From contig OZ250165.1 of assembly GCA_965238005.1 (NCBI GenBank), positions 3,168,001 through 3,232,000 on the forward strand: a stretch of DNA of 64,000 bases, read 5' to 3'. Below the pieces are notes generated by a model, which did no database searches, had not been told where the DNA came from, and saw nothing but the letters and a program-made list of their open reading frames with translations. How positions within the stretch are numbered: position 1 is the stretch's first letter; each line of letters begins with the position of its first letter. A program made the position numbers and the translations under genes. This stretch comes from Longimicrobiales bacterium. GTDB taxonomy: Bacteria; Gemmatimonadota; Gemmatimonadetes; Longimicrobiales; Gaopeijiaceae. Below, in pieces: positions 11,043 through 21,081 of this stretch.

Positions 11043-12551
11043 ATGAACCGCCGCTATGCGCTGCGCACCATGGGAGCCGCGGCCCTCGGCCTCGCGGCCG
11101 GGGCCCGTGACGGCGAGGCGGCTGTGCGGCCGGCTGCCTCCGAGGCGGCGGGGGCCACCATCTCGGAAGCGGCATCAGCGGCCCGGCAGGAAGCCGGCGA
11201 GATCCTGATCCGCGGCGGGCGCGTGGTGAACGCGGACGCCAGCCTCGTCGCCGACGTACGCATTCTCGGAAACACCATCGCCCAGATCGGGCCCAGTCTC
11301 AGCGCCGCAGCCGAAGCCCGGATTATCGATGCGACGGGCCGGTTGGTCATCCCCGGGGGCATCGATCCCCACACGCACCTGCAGGGATCCTTCGTCGACG
11401 ACCTCACGACGGGGACCTCGGCCGCCGTAGCCGGCGGCATCACCACCGTGGGTACCTTCGCCTATCCCCAGGACGGCGAGAACGCGGTCCAGGCGATGGA
11501 CCGGTGGCTCGCCGAGGTGAGCAGGAGTGCCATCGGCGATGTCTTCTTCCACGGCTCGACGTGGCCGCCCACGCCCGAGTTCGCCGCGCTCATGCCCGAG
11601 CTGGCGGCAAGGGGGCAGCCCAGTCACAAGATCTTCATGACACGCCGGGACTTCGGGGCAAGCCGCGGCGCGCTTATCGAGCTGCTGGAAGCGGCCCGGG
11701 ACGCCGGCGTTGTCACGCTCATGCACTGCGAGGACGGCGCCATGCTGGCCGCGGTCCTCAGGCGGCTCAGGGCGGAGGCCCAAACATCGCTCCGCCACTT
11801 CGCGGAGAGCAGGCCCGTGATCGCCGAGGTGGCGGCCACCGAAGACGCGGTGGCCCTCTGCGAGCTCACCGGGGCGCCCATGCACTTCGTGCACCTCTCG
11901 TCGCTGAGGGCCCTCGAGGCCGCCCGCACACCTCAATCGGAGGGGCTTCCCCTGACCATCGAGACGCGCCCCCTCTACCTGTACTTCACGGACGAGATGC
12001 TGCTGGGCGAGGACGGCCCGCTCTACATCGGGCAGCCGCCGCTCCGATCGGCAAGCGACGTGGACGCAATGTGGGCCGGCCTTGTCGACGGACGGATCGA
12101 CTTCCTGGCCACGGACCACGCCCCCTGGACCCGGGCCCAGAAGATGGATCCGGAGCTGAACGTAGGGCGGCTCCGCCCGGGCGTCAGCGACTTGCGCTTC
12201 ATGCTCCCCGTGCTCTTCTCCGAAGGCGTCAACAAGGGACGGCTCTCGGAGCAGCGGTTCGTCGAAATCACTTCGACAGCGGCGGCCAGGACCTTCGGCT
12301 TATACCCGGAGCGGGGCGTGGTGCGAGAGGACTCCCTAGCCGACGTGGTGATTCTTGATCCGAGCCTGGAGCGCACCGCCAGCGCCGACGACGACCCCTC
12401 CCGCTCGGACTACACGCCCTTCGAGGGCTGGACGGTCACCGGGTGGCCGGTGATCACAATCCGCCGGGGCGAGGTGGTCTACGAGGACGGCCGGGTTACT
12501 GGGCAGCCCGGGAGCGGCCGGCCGGCGGAAAGGCGGCCGCGAGGGGCCTAG
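11043..12551 (+). CDS. Dihydropyrimidinase/hydantoinase-type amidohydrolase with probable Tat leader
   Basis: IDPHTH, HKIF (carbamylated Lys), MHCED, VHLSS and TDHAP metal ligands; MNRRYAL leader. Confidence 0.85.
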   Translation: MNRRYALRTMGAAALGLAAGARDGEAAVRPAASEAAGATISEAASAARQEAGEILIRGGRVVNADASLVADVRILGNTIAQIGPSLSAAAEARIIDATGRLVIPGGIDPHTHLQGSFVDDLTTGTSAAVAGGITTVGTFAYPQDGENAVQAMDRWLAEVSRSAIGDVFFHGSTWPPTPEFAALMPELAARGQPSHKIFMTRRDFGASRGALIELLEAARDAGVVTLMHCEDGAMLAAVLRRLRAEAQTSLRHFAESRPVIAEVAATEDAVALCELTGAPMHFVHLSSLRALEAARTPQSEGLPLTIETRPLYLYFTDEMLLGEDGPLYIGQPPLRSASDVDAMWAGLVDGRIDFLATDHAPWTRAQKMDPELNVGRLRPGVSDLRFMLPVLFSEGVNKGRLSEQRFVEITSTAAARTFGLYPERGVVREDSLADVVILDPSLERTASADDDPSRSDYTPFEGWTVTGWPVITIRRGEVVYEDGRVTGQPGSGRPAERRPRGA

Positions 12552-12600
12552 GGGCGGCCGCGAACGGCCCAGGGGCGGCCGCGAACGGCCTAGGGGCGGC
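12545..12600. repeat. 21-bp tandem repeat, about 2.7 copies
   Basis: ggcc(t/c)aggggcggccgcgaac repeated across the stop codon of the upstream gene. Confidence 0.85.
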
Positions 12601-12829
12601 GATCATGCGGGCCCGACGCAGCGCACCGCAATCTCCTCGGTTTTCACACTGTCCTCGCCCTGAACCAGGTAGTGGAACGCGAAATCGACGGCGCTGAGGG
12701 AAACAAGGGGGTGGGGCGCCGACGCCCCGCTTACCGACGCTCCGCTCACTCTTGCGGTGGGTCAGGGTCCCGTCGATCGTTGCGGTGCAGCGGGCTCCCT
12801 TCGATCGTTACCATCCATATGGAGAGATC

Positions 12830-13216
12830 GTGTTGAAGCGAGACTGGCCAGCCCCGCGCGCAGCGAAGTTCCGTCAAGCCGGGTTCGTGTACGTGCACGT
12901 CGCCTTCCTCTACGAGTCGGCGGTGTATGCCATGCTCAAGGCAGGCCTCCTCCCGGCCCGGTTCGGCTCACCGTGGCTCTGGCTCGGAGCCGGAGCCCTG
13001 GTGGCGGGCTTCGTCTTCGTCGGCCTCTACCGGTGGCAGAACGTCTGGATCGCCCGTATCGTGTGGGCCTTGCACGGCCTGCGACTTCCGGCATTGGTCG
13101 GGGGCGCCTTCTTCGCGGCTCCTGACGCCGTGACGCCCCCGGCGTTCTACATCACCGCCATCCTGATCGTGGTGATCAACCTGTGGATGCTTGCCCGGGC
13201 GGGCTGGGACCTGTGA
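12830..13216 (+). CDS. Small membrane protein (about 4 TM helices)
   Basis: GGAG RBS, GTG start, hydrophobic segments. Confidence 0.7.
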   Translation: MLKRDWPAPRAAKFRQAGFVYVHVAFLYESAVYAMLKAGLLPARFGSPWLWLGAGALVAGFVFVGLYRWQNVWIARIVWALHGLRLPALVGGAFFAAPDAVTPPAFYITAILIVVINLWMLARAGWDL

Positions 13217-13247
13217 GCTTCCAGCTTCCGCCGGCACACCCCCCACG

Positions 13248-14271
13248 CTACTTGTAGGCGACCGCGGCACTCGACGGACCCGCGAGCTCGATCACCTCGA
13301 AACGGCAGAATCCGACTTCTTCGCACCAGCCGCGAAAATCGGCGGCAGAGTAGTCGAACGCGTCGCCGAACTCGATCAGCATGTTCAGCGACATAAGGAG
13401 ACCGAAGGCATTGCGGCGCCGCTCGTCGTCGATCAGGGACTCGATGACAACGAAGGCACCGCCCTCAGGAAGCGCGTCGTGCACCTTTTGCACCAGGACC
13501 TTCTTCTTCTCCAGGTTCCAGTCGTGGAGGATCATGCCCATCGTTATCACGTCCGCTTTCGGGAGGATCGTCCTTGAAGAAATCCCCCGAAACCACCTCG
13601 ACCCGGTCCGTAAGCCCCGCGGCTGCAACGGACTCGGTCGCGATGGGCTCCACTACGGGAAGATCGAAGGTAGCGCAGCTGATGTGTGTGTTGGCTGCCG
13701 CTATCACGCACGCCAACTGCCCGGTGGCCCCACCGATGTCCGCGTGCGTCTCATAGTTGGAGAAGTCGAACGCCTCCGCGAACGCGCTGAAGTTGGCCGC
13801 CGAGATGCCCGCCATCGCCATCATGAACTGTTCGAGCCGCTCAGGCTGCGCGTACAGCTTCGCGAACATCGGCTCGCCCGTGTGTTTGATCTCGTTCTGG
13901 GGCTGGCCCGTCCGTAGTGCCTCCGTCAGGTCGGCCCAGAATCGATAGAGTCGATCGTTCGCCATCTCGAGGATGCCGCCGATGTATGCCGGGCTCTCCT
14001 TGTCGAGAAAGAGACCGGCCTCGGGGGTGTTCCTGTACCGCGCGACCGGCCCGTCGCCGTCGCGCTCGAGCAGACCCAGGGCCAGGAGAGCATCGGGGAA
14101 GTCGGGCACGGCACGCGGGTGCAGGTCCAGGGCGCTTCGCAGCTCCTCCGCCGTCATCGACTCCGAGCCGAGGACAGTGAACAGGCGCAGCTCGACGGCA
14201 GAAAGCAGTGTCTTCGAGCCCCAAAAGCCCATCCCGATCTGCATGATGTGTGATGGATTCAAGTGCTCCAT
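13248..14271 (-). pseudogene. SAM-dependent O-methyltransferase (ASMT-like) with a frameshift
   Basis: SKTLLSAVEL dimerisation domain and DIGGATG in one frame; LPKADVITMGMILHDW continues in another frame after one extra C near 13566. May be a sequencing error. Confidence 0.85.
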
Positions 14272-14556
14272 GTGGTTCTCCGGTTGGCGGTTCGGTACTT
14301 CCTCACCCACGCGCGTGCCAGCCAGCGAGTAGCTCGGCCGGCCAGAAACGGCAAGGCACCGGACCGTCAGAGCGCCTTCAAGTACCAGGAAGAGGTCGCT
14401 GCTGATAACCCTCGCCAATATCCAACACGCTCACCCCCGCCTGCCAGAGGTCGTTGGCAAGAGTCAGGGCGGCGGCGCCGGCGAACGTGCTCCCCGGGAG
14501 GTCCTCGGAACCCGAGACCTTGGCTCCCCAGGCGGTCACAGGGGCCGGAGTGCAGC

Positions 14557-14934
14557 TCAGAGCCCCCGCACATTCTCTTCGACTATTCTGCGATACGACT
14601 CCGCCTTCTCGTTGCTCAGAGAGGAGATTTCTAGCACCTCGTCGACATGATCCGACATGCGGTCTGCAACGTCGATTACGCGTTCCCGGATGACCGCCCG
14701 ACCCAGGGCACATCGGTCGGCCAGCGTTGCAAAGTCACGCAAGCGCAGATTGTGCCGTTTCCCATTCAACGAGCTTGAGCGGTGGTGTGTGCCCTCGGAG
14801 GACTCGGCCTCGGGAGGGCTCGGCCCGCCAACAGGCGTCCCATCCGTCGCCTGTGCGCCCACCGAACTCGGATGGAGAGCCACCACCGGGACCCACAGGA
14901 TGGAGAGGAGCAGAAAACGCTTGTTCATCACCAT
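14557..14934 (-). pseudogene. Chimeric ORF: signal-peptide N-terminus fused to a HipA-like C-terminal tail
   Basis: MNKRFLLLSILWVPVVALHPSSVGAQ, then SLNGKRHNLRLRDFATLADRCAL..RRIVEENVRGL, which resembles the end of HipA kinases. Confidence 0.55.
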
Positions 14935-15083
14935 GCCCAGCCGAGTCGTCGTCGGTAAGGAGAACGACCCGGGGACCAAGGTGCTCTTCTGCTGGCCCAT
15001 GCCCGAGTCGTACTGCATTGTAGGGAGCCCGCGGGAGGCGCGGTCCGATGCCTCCTCATCACAGCAGAACAGGGACCGGAGCG

Positions 15084-16745
15084 ATGAAAATCCTGCTTGC
15101 CGTAGCCTTCCTCGTCTCTGCCGCCCTCCTGGCCCCTCGGGAGGAGGGCACCGACCCGTCGCCCACGGCGGCCTCCTCGGTGCGCCCGTCCTCGGCCCAG
15201 TCCGGCCCCCTATCGCTGGAGATCCAGGAGCACGTGCTCGACAACGGGCTCACTATCCTGGTGGTGGAGGACCACCGGATGCCGCGCGTGGCCGCGAACC
15301 TCTGGATCCGTGTCGGCTCCATGCAGGAGCCGACAGGGCTGCACGGCATGACTCACTTCCTCGAGCACGTCATCCACCAGGGGACCACCACCATCGGGAC
15401 CACCGACCTCGCAGCGGAGCTGCCGATCCTTCAGGAGATCCAGGACACGGAGCAGGAGCTCATCGCTGTGAGAAACCGGGAGCGGAATCGGCTCCGTGAG
15501 CGGGACGTGTTCATCGACGAGATGGCGTGGCCCGGCACGCCCGAGACCCAGGCGCTCCGCGACAGGCTCTACGAGCTCGAGGATCAGGACAACGGCTATC
15601 GCGATTTCTGGACCTCGTACAAGTGGTACATGCAGCACGGAGGCTATGCCCGCCATCAGGATCCGGTGCCGGCCAGCACCGAGCAGGACTACATGGAGAT
15701 CAACATGGCGCTCCCCCGGGAGCACCTGGAGCTCTTCTTCCGCCTCGAGGCGGACCGCATGGTCAACGCGATTCTTCGGGGATGGGAGGCACAGCGTTTC
15801 ACGGTCCTCGAGCAGATCCTCGGAGGACAGAGCCGGCCCCAGACGCGGTTCAACGAGGCCATCGACGCGGTGACGGCGGCGTCCCACCCCGTGTACCGGC
15901 CTGACGGCGGCCACATCCGTGACTTCGGGAACTTCACCCGAGCCGCCATGCAGCGCATCTACGACGACTACTTCGTGGCCAACAACGCGGCGCTGGTGCT
16001 CGTCGGCGACGTCACGCTGGCGGAGGTCGTGCCTCTTGCGGAGCGCTATTTCGGCCGACTCCCCCGAGGCCCGGAGCCCCCGGCCGACCTGGACGTGGAG
16101 GCCGAGCCCGTGCCGGGCGGGTCGATCCGCCTCGACTGGAAGGAGCCGCTGTCTCCGCAGGTGCACGTCCGATACCGCATTCCCGGCATGGGCCACCCCG
16201 ACCGGCCCGTCTTCGACCTCATCGCCGCTCTGCTGGGCGGGCCCCACGGCCTCGCCGGCCAGAGGCTCACCGCCAGCGGCACGTCGGCCTCGGTCTCGGC
16301 CGACTTCAGAGTGATCCACACGTACCGCTTCGGCTCACCCGGCGCGTTCAACCTGGTGGCGCGGGCGGGGGCGGACGGGGATCTGCCGGCAGTCGAACGA
16401 GGGCTCCTGGCTGCCCTGGACGACCTGCGAGCGGGCCAGATCGACCCAGCCGCGCTGGAGCGCGCCCACAAGCGGCTCCGGGTCGAGTGGGCGGAGTTCC
16501 TCGCTAACCCCCAGGAGCTGGCCTTCTTGATCGGGCACCACCACACGATGAACCACTGGAGCACGCTGCCTGCCCTCCTCGAGACCAGAGACGCGGCGAC
16601 GGCGGAAGACGTTCGGAGGGTGGCCGAGACCTACTTCGTGCCGTCGAACCGCGTGATCGCCGTCGCCCGCTTCGAGCCCCCGGAAGGGAGCGGGCCCAGT
16701 TGGCTCGACTTCCTGTGGGCCGATCTCCCGGGAGACGGACGATGA
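15084..16745 (+). CDS. M16 (pitrilysin/insulinase) peptidase, catalytic subunit, secreted
   Basis: LDNGLTILVVEDH, HFLEH (HxxEH), EADRM and NNAALVLVGD motifs; signal peptide. Confidence 0.9.
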   Translation: MKILLAVAFLVSAALLAPREEGTDPSPTAASSVRPSSAQSGPLSLEIQEHVLDNGLTILVVEDHRMPRVAANLWIRVGSMQEPTGLHGMTHFLEHVIHQGTTTIGTTDLAAELPILQEIQDTEQELIAVRNRERNRLRERDVFIDEMAWPGTPETQALRDRLYELEDQDNGYRDFWTSYKWYMQHGGYARHQDPVPASTEQDYMEINMALPREHLELFFRLEADRMVNAILRGWEAQRFTVLEQILGGQSRPQTRFNEAIDAVTAASHPVYRPDGGHIRDFGNFTRAAMQRIYDDYFVANNAALVLVGDVTLAEVVPLAERYFGRLPRGPEPPADLDVEAEPVPGGSIRLDWKEPLSPQVHVRYRIPGMGHPDRPVFDLIAALLGGPHGLAGQRLTASGTSASVSADFRVIHTYRFGSPGAFNLVARAGADGDLPAVERGLLAALDDLRAGQIDPAALERAHKRLRVEWAEFLANPQELAFLIGHHHTMNHWSTLPALLETRDAATAEDVRRVAETYFVPSNRVIAVARFEPPEGSGPSWLDFLWADLPGDGR

Positions 16746-18253
16746 GGGCGGGAGCGCCGTGGGCGTGGGTGCGGCGGGAGGGCGCCCGGCGGACGTGGGC
16801 GTTACCAGTGGCCGCGGTAATAGCCGTCGCCCTGGTCGGGTGCGGCGACGGTGGCGCAGATTTTCTGCCCGGCCACTCGCGGCCCGTGCTGGAGCACGAC
16901 TGGCCCGACCCGAGTGAGCTCGACCTCGAGCCCAACGGGTTCACGCCGCCGGATCCGGCGGAGGCCCTCTTCCAAGCGTCGAGCGGCCTCCGCGCCTACA
17001 TCGTGCCGGAGCCGTCGGATCCGCTGGTGCGGCTGACGGCGGCCCTGCCCCTGGGACGACTCCACGAGGCCGACGGCGAGGCTGGGGGCTCGGCCCTCCT
17101 GACCCGCTTGCTCACGACCCGGGGCGCGGCCGGGGCGAGTCGGCCGTTCTCGCTCCGGCTCGCTGAGCTGGGAACGACGCTGATGACTGAAGAGACGCTG
17201 GACGTCACGCGGATCTCCCTCGACGTCCTTCCCGAGGATTGGCGAGAGGGACTGGAGCTGCTCGTCGAGCTGCTCAGGGATCCGGACCTGAACGCCTCTG
17301 CGGTCCGGCAGCATCGGGCGGGCCAAGGGTACTCAATGCCCGTGGCCGGTGTGGGCGGGGCGGGCTTCCGCCCCAAAGTCGAGCTCGAGCGCACGTTGTC
17401 CGGATACCCCCTGGCCCCCCCGGACCCTGGCAGCACGCTCTCGCTGGCCGCTCTCAGGAGCCTGGCCTCCCGCGCGCTGCGGGCCGATCGGGTCGTACTG
17501 GGCATCGGCGGCAACGTCCCGCGCGACGCCGCGGAAGAGGCCGTCGAATCCACCACGCGAGGCTGGGGGCGCAGTGCCGAACCGGTCGCCTTACCGGCGG
17601 CGATTCAATCGAGTCCGCCGCGGGCAGGCCTCCACGCCGTCGACGTCCCGAGCCTCGAGGGCTGGGTCGCCATCGGTACGGCGGTCGGCGCAATCCCAGG
17701 GACGGACCGGGCCCCGCTCGCAGTGCTCGCATTCATTCTGGGAGAGCGCCTGAACATCGCGGTCCGGGAGATCCGGGGCCTCGCCAACCGAGCCCCGTTC
17801 CACATCCCCGAGACCGCATCCGGGACCGGCCTGGTTCACATCCGGACCGGAGGCCGCCCCGAGGCCGTGGCACCGCTCATCCGTTTCAGCCTGGACGAGG
17901 TGCAACGCATATACGATCCACAGGAGCCGGTGACGAACGACGAGGTGGCCCGAGCCCAAGGCTGGCTGGTGGACGCGGTTTGGCAGCGGTCGCTGGAGGT
18001 GGCGACCGGCGCGAGCGCGACCTTCGCCGTTGAGCACGCGCGTCGCGGGGGCACCGCCCGGCTGATGGGGTGGCCGGAGGCCGTTCAGACCGTCACCGCC
18101 GCGGACGTCAAGGCCATGGCTCAGCAGCATCTGGACCCAGCGACACTGGTCACAGTGGTCGTGGGGCCTCTGGCAAGAATCCGAGAGGCCCGCCACCCGC
18201 GTTGGCCCGTGGCCTTGGACGAGCTGGAGGCGAGCCTCTCGGGCGGGGGGTGA
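16742..18253 (+). CDS. M16 family non-catalytic partner subunit, lipoprotein
   Basis: ATGA overlap with the upstream gene; LVGC lipobox; VREIRGLA and VTAADVK motifs; no HxxEH. Confidence 0.8.
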   Translation: MRAGAPWAWVRREGARRTWALPVAAVIAVALVGCGDGGADFLPGHSRPVLEHDWPDPSELDLEPNGFTPPDPAEALFQASSGLRAYIVPEPSDPLVRLTAALPLGRLHEADGEAGGSALLTRLLTTRGAAGASRPFSLRLAELGTTLMTEETLDVTRISLDVLPEDWREGLELLVELLRDPDLNASAVRQHRAGQGYSMPVAGVGGAGFRPKVELERTLSGYPLAPPDPGSTLSLAALRSLASRALRADRVVLGIGGNVPRDAAEEAVESTTRGWGRSAEPVALPAAIQSSPPRAGLHAVDVPSLEGWVAIGTAVGAIPGTDRAPLAVLAFILGERLNIAVREIRGLANRAPFHIPETASGTGLVHIRTGGRPEAVAPLIRFSLDEVQRIYDPQEPVTNDEVARAQGWLVDAVWQRSLEVATGASATFAVEHARRGGTARLMGWPEAVQTVTAADVKAMAQQHLDPATLVTVVVGPLARIREARHPRWPVALDELEASLSGGG

Positions 18254-18267
18254 GGCTTGCCGCTCCC

Positions 18268-18459
18268 TTAGACCGAGCAGGTCATGTCCTGGGCGCAGCA
18301 CATGGGTGACTTGATCATCCCGTGTCCGTCAGGGCACTTGGACACGTCCACCGTGCCGCCGTCGTCCTTCGTCAGGGTGTCGTGAACGAGGTCCTGCCCG
18401 CAGTGCCCGCAGGTCATGTTCACGCTCATGCCGCACTTCTCGCAGGTGTACGCCGCCAT
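18268..18459 (-). CDS. Small Cys-rich metal-binding protein (63 aa)
   Basis: YTCEKCG, TCGHCG, KCPDGHG and PMCCAQDM motifs. Confidence 0.8.
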   Translation of the reverse strand: MAAYTCEKCGMSVNMTCGHCGQDLVHDTLTKDDGGTVDVSKCPDGHGMIKSPMCCAQDMTCSV

Positions 18460-18568
18460 TTGAAAGGCTCTCTCGCTGAGGTGGAGCAAGGGTCAGGAAT
18501 CGCTGACCAACGAACATTATGCAAACCGAGGCGGATCGTCACGAGGGCGGCAGAGGCACGTCGTCTTG

Positions 18569-18800
18569 TCAAGCCTCGATCATCTCGATGTCGTATTGAG
18601 CGATCTTGGGATCCGCGGTCATGAGGGGTACGCCGGTGAGCTGGGCCTGAGCCACCAGGAGTCGGTCGAAGGGATCGCGGTGGTGTCGACGAGGATCGTC
18701 CCCCTCGAACTCCTCCAGGATCTCCTCCGGAAGGTTGGCGTCGAAAGCATCCGACACGCGGATCCGGTCTCGATTGACCCCCAACGCCCGGGGCCGCAGC
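18569..18800 (-). pseudogene. Collapsed Phd/VapB-VapC toxin-antitoxin relic
   Basis: Antitoxin-type tail RPRALGVNRDRIRVSDAFDANLPEEILEEFEG joined in frame to the PIN toxin tail HHRDPFDRLLVAQAQLTGVPLMTADPKIAQYD. Confidence 0.75.
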
Positions 18801-18907
18801 TTGTCCGGATCGCCCCGAGAGCCGGGATCGCCCCGAGCCCCAACGGCCACTTCGAGGCGCCGGAGATGAACTCTCTTCGTGTGGTCACGAGCGACCTCCC
18901 GCGTGCG

Positions 18908-19294
18908 CTACCTCCCCACGACCTCGGCCAGCAACCGCTCCGCGTAATCCTGATCCCAGGAAGCAAAATTGCGCCTGGCCGAAACCTCGAGGTGTGTCCC
19001 GTATTCGCGGGCCTCGAGGGACGCCGTTACGTCCAGCTCGTCCACCGAGCCCTTGAGCTCGCGCTTTCTGCCCGAGTCCTCCATGCCCTCCCCGGTAAGC
19101 TCGATCCCCATGCGCCGGAAGGCGGCCCGCACCCGGCCCGTGGTGCCCTGGATGTTCGACTGGACCTCCGCCTCGGCGCCCTGGGAGGTCAGGTGGATCC
19201 CGGCGGCGGCTCCCGCACCCGCGGCCGCTACGACACAACCTGACGTCAAACCCGCCGTCAGAAGCACCAACTGAGCTCGGATCTTCCCGTTCAT
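18908..19294 (-). CDS. DUF3568-like lipoprotein
   Basis: GGAGG RBS; LTSGCVVAAAGAGAAAG lipobox plus glycine-rich motif. Confidence 0.7.
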   Translation of the reverse strand: MNGKIRAQLVLLTAGLTSGCVVAAAGAGAAAGIHLTSQGAEAEVQSNIQGTTGRVRAAFRRMGIELTGEGMEDSGRKRELKGSVDELDVTASLEAREYGTHLEVSARRNFASWDQDYAERLLAEVVGR

Positions 19295-19431
19295 CTCAAC
19301 ACCTCCGGACCCAATGACAGACCTGCGAATCGCCTCCTCACTACGATGAACCACCGGGGGGTGAACTGCAAGGTGAGCGGATCGGTCAGCGAGCGCATAG
19401 GCGTCGTGCACTGCGGCGGCTCGGGCAGACG

Positions 19432-19947
19432 CTATGCCTCCCCCGGAGTCTCCGCCGGATGGTCGAACCCGTCGGTGGCGAAGGCCATGAAGGTGAACAC
19501 ACCGATGCTGATGATCCCCCAGGTCAGGCCGAGCAGGACCCCCAGATCAACGATTCCGCGCCACGGCTGAGCCATCCGGTGAACGGCCAACACCAAGCCC
19601 ACGATGCCGATGGTCAGCAGGATCGACCGGATCTGAACGCGGCGGGTGGCATGGAAATACCCCATGCAGAAAAACGGCGCGAAGAGCGAGCGGACCGCGT
19701 GCGGGTGCTCCGTCAGGTACCTCGCCCGGGCAGCCACGCGCGGAGAGAAGGACCGTTGAAAGCCAGAGTACCCCTCCAGGGCAAGCATCAAGGCCACCCA
19801 CACCACCAGAAAGCCCCAGTGGCGAATGTCGAGGCGATAGTCGAAGGCACGAACGGTGACAGTGGTCAGCCGGTAGACGGCGCCACCGAGGAGGAGACCG
19901 ACGCCACCGACGCCCCATGCGGCCCCCAGCGCTCCCACAGGGCTCAT
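19432..19947 (-). CDS. Conserved membrane protein
   Basis: Several TM segments; EGYSGFQRSFSPRV and QPWRGIVDLGV motifs; GAGGAG RBS. Confidence 0.75.
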   Translation of the reverse strand: MSPVGALGAAWGVGGVGLLLGGAVYRLTTVTVRAFDYRLDIRHWGFLVVWVALMLALEGYSGFQRSFSPRVAARARYLTEHPHAVRSLFAPFFCMGYFHATRRVQIRSILLTIGIVGLVLAVHRMAQPWRGIVDLGVLLGLTWGIISIGVFTFMAFATDGFDHPAETPGEA

Positions 19948-19963
19948 CGGCCTGCTCCTCGGC

Positions 19964-20617
19964 TCATCGCTCCGCTCCCCCAGCCGCCGCCCCACGTCTA
20001 ATGGCCCCTGCCCTGGTCACGAGGTCCTCGAGGACGTCGTACGGCTGGGCGCCCACCACGCCGAAGCCTTCCGAGACGAAGGTCGGAACCCCAGTGACGC
20101 CCATCTCGGTGGCGCGCCGCCAGTGGTCGTCGATGGTCTCCCGGTGCATGCGCTCCTCGACGACGGCCCGGGCCCGCGTCCCGTCGAGCCCTTCGGATTC
20201 GGCTACATCCACGAGCACGTCAGTCTCGGCCAGGTTCCGGACATCGACGAAGTATGCGCGGTAGAGGGCGTCGTGCAGGGCATCGGTCACACCCTCTTCA
20301 TCTCCCCACACCGCCAGCTCCTGGGCCAGGCGGCTGTTGTATGTGTGGGTGCGGTCACCGTACTCGAGGCCTTCTTCGTCCATGAGCGCGACGAGACGCG
20401 AGCGCATGCCGGCCAGCCTCTCCTCACGACCGGCGAACAGATCCAGGAGGGAGCGCCCCTCAGGGGGGGTCTCGGGGTGGAGGGGAAAGTAGGTGTACTG
20501 GACATTGAGGTCGTACTCGGCTTCCAGCCTGCGAACGCGCCCGGCGCTCAGGTAGCACCAGGGTCAGACGAAGTCCGTGAAGACTTCGAGGACTCTACCG
20601 ACGTGCCTCGCCCGCAC
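19964..20617 (-). CDS. DsbA/FrnE-like selenoprotein (U-P-W-C)
   Basis: GGAGA RBS and GTG start; VLEVFTDFV-TGA(20566-20564)-PWCYL..FPLHPETP continues in frame into ORF 19964..20407 (GVTGVPTF, GAQPY). Confidence 0.9.
20528..20552 (-). promoter_or_regulatory. Putative bacterial SECIS hairpin of the DsbA-like gene
   Basis: CCUGAGCGC-CGGGC-GCGUUCGCAGG at +12..+36 after UGA, with GG in the apical loop at +22/+23. Confidence 0.7.
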
Positions 20618-20799
20618 CGATGTTCTCCGTGTAAACCCACCACAGATCCTCGCCCCCGTATCCTTCATCCCGTGTCGTGGTGATGTAGAGCGATCGGCCA
20701 TCGGGTGACGGTAGGGAGTGATGCTCGCTGGCGGCCGAATTGATCTGCGGACCGAGCCTCATGGTCTTCCTCCTATCTGGGCCGGGGCGGGCGTTCGGC

Positions 20800-20967
20800 T
20801 CATTCAGAGCCCTCCCATGCCGCCTTCACAGCCACCATCAGTGCCTTGAACCGCTCGTCTCCACGGATACTCTCGTAGAACGGATCTTGTATCGAAAAAA
20901 GGGGATAGTTGATCCAACCGCGCTCGATCCCGCGTTCCAGCCACGTCAGAGCCTCGTGTGCCTTTTA
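20800..20967 (-). pseudogene. Orphan C-terminal tail of a TPR/TolB-like (kinase- or cyclase-associated) protein
   Basis: KAHEALTWLERGIERGWINYPLFSIQDPFYESIRGDERFKALMVAVKAAWEGSE*; rest of the gene absent. Confidence 0.65.
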
Positions 20968-21026
20968 GCACCATGGCGGAGCTTCAAGAAATCACTACGA
21001 AAGGCGCGATCTTGCTCCGGGAAGTT

Positions 21027-21056
21027 ATACGTATGTTCTGATATGAATCATACGTA
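21027..21056 (+). promoter_or_regulatory. ATACGTA-N16-ATACGTA operator-like motif, copy 1
   Basis: ATACGTA at 21027 and 21050; identical spacing at two other loci. Confidence 0.55.
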
Positions 21057-21081
21057 CGTCGCGATATGCCCATCATCCTGC

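Noticed and set aside
12545..12600. Short repeats (also 21082-21150 and 42567-42655) as CRISPR arrays
   Set aside because: Contiguous tandem units with no unique spacers and no cas genes.
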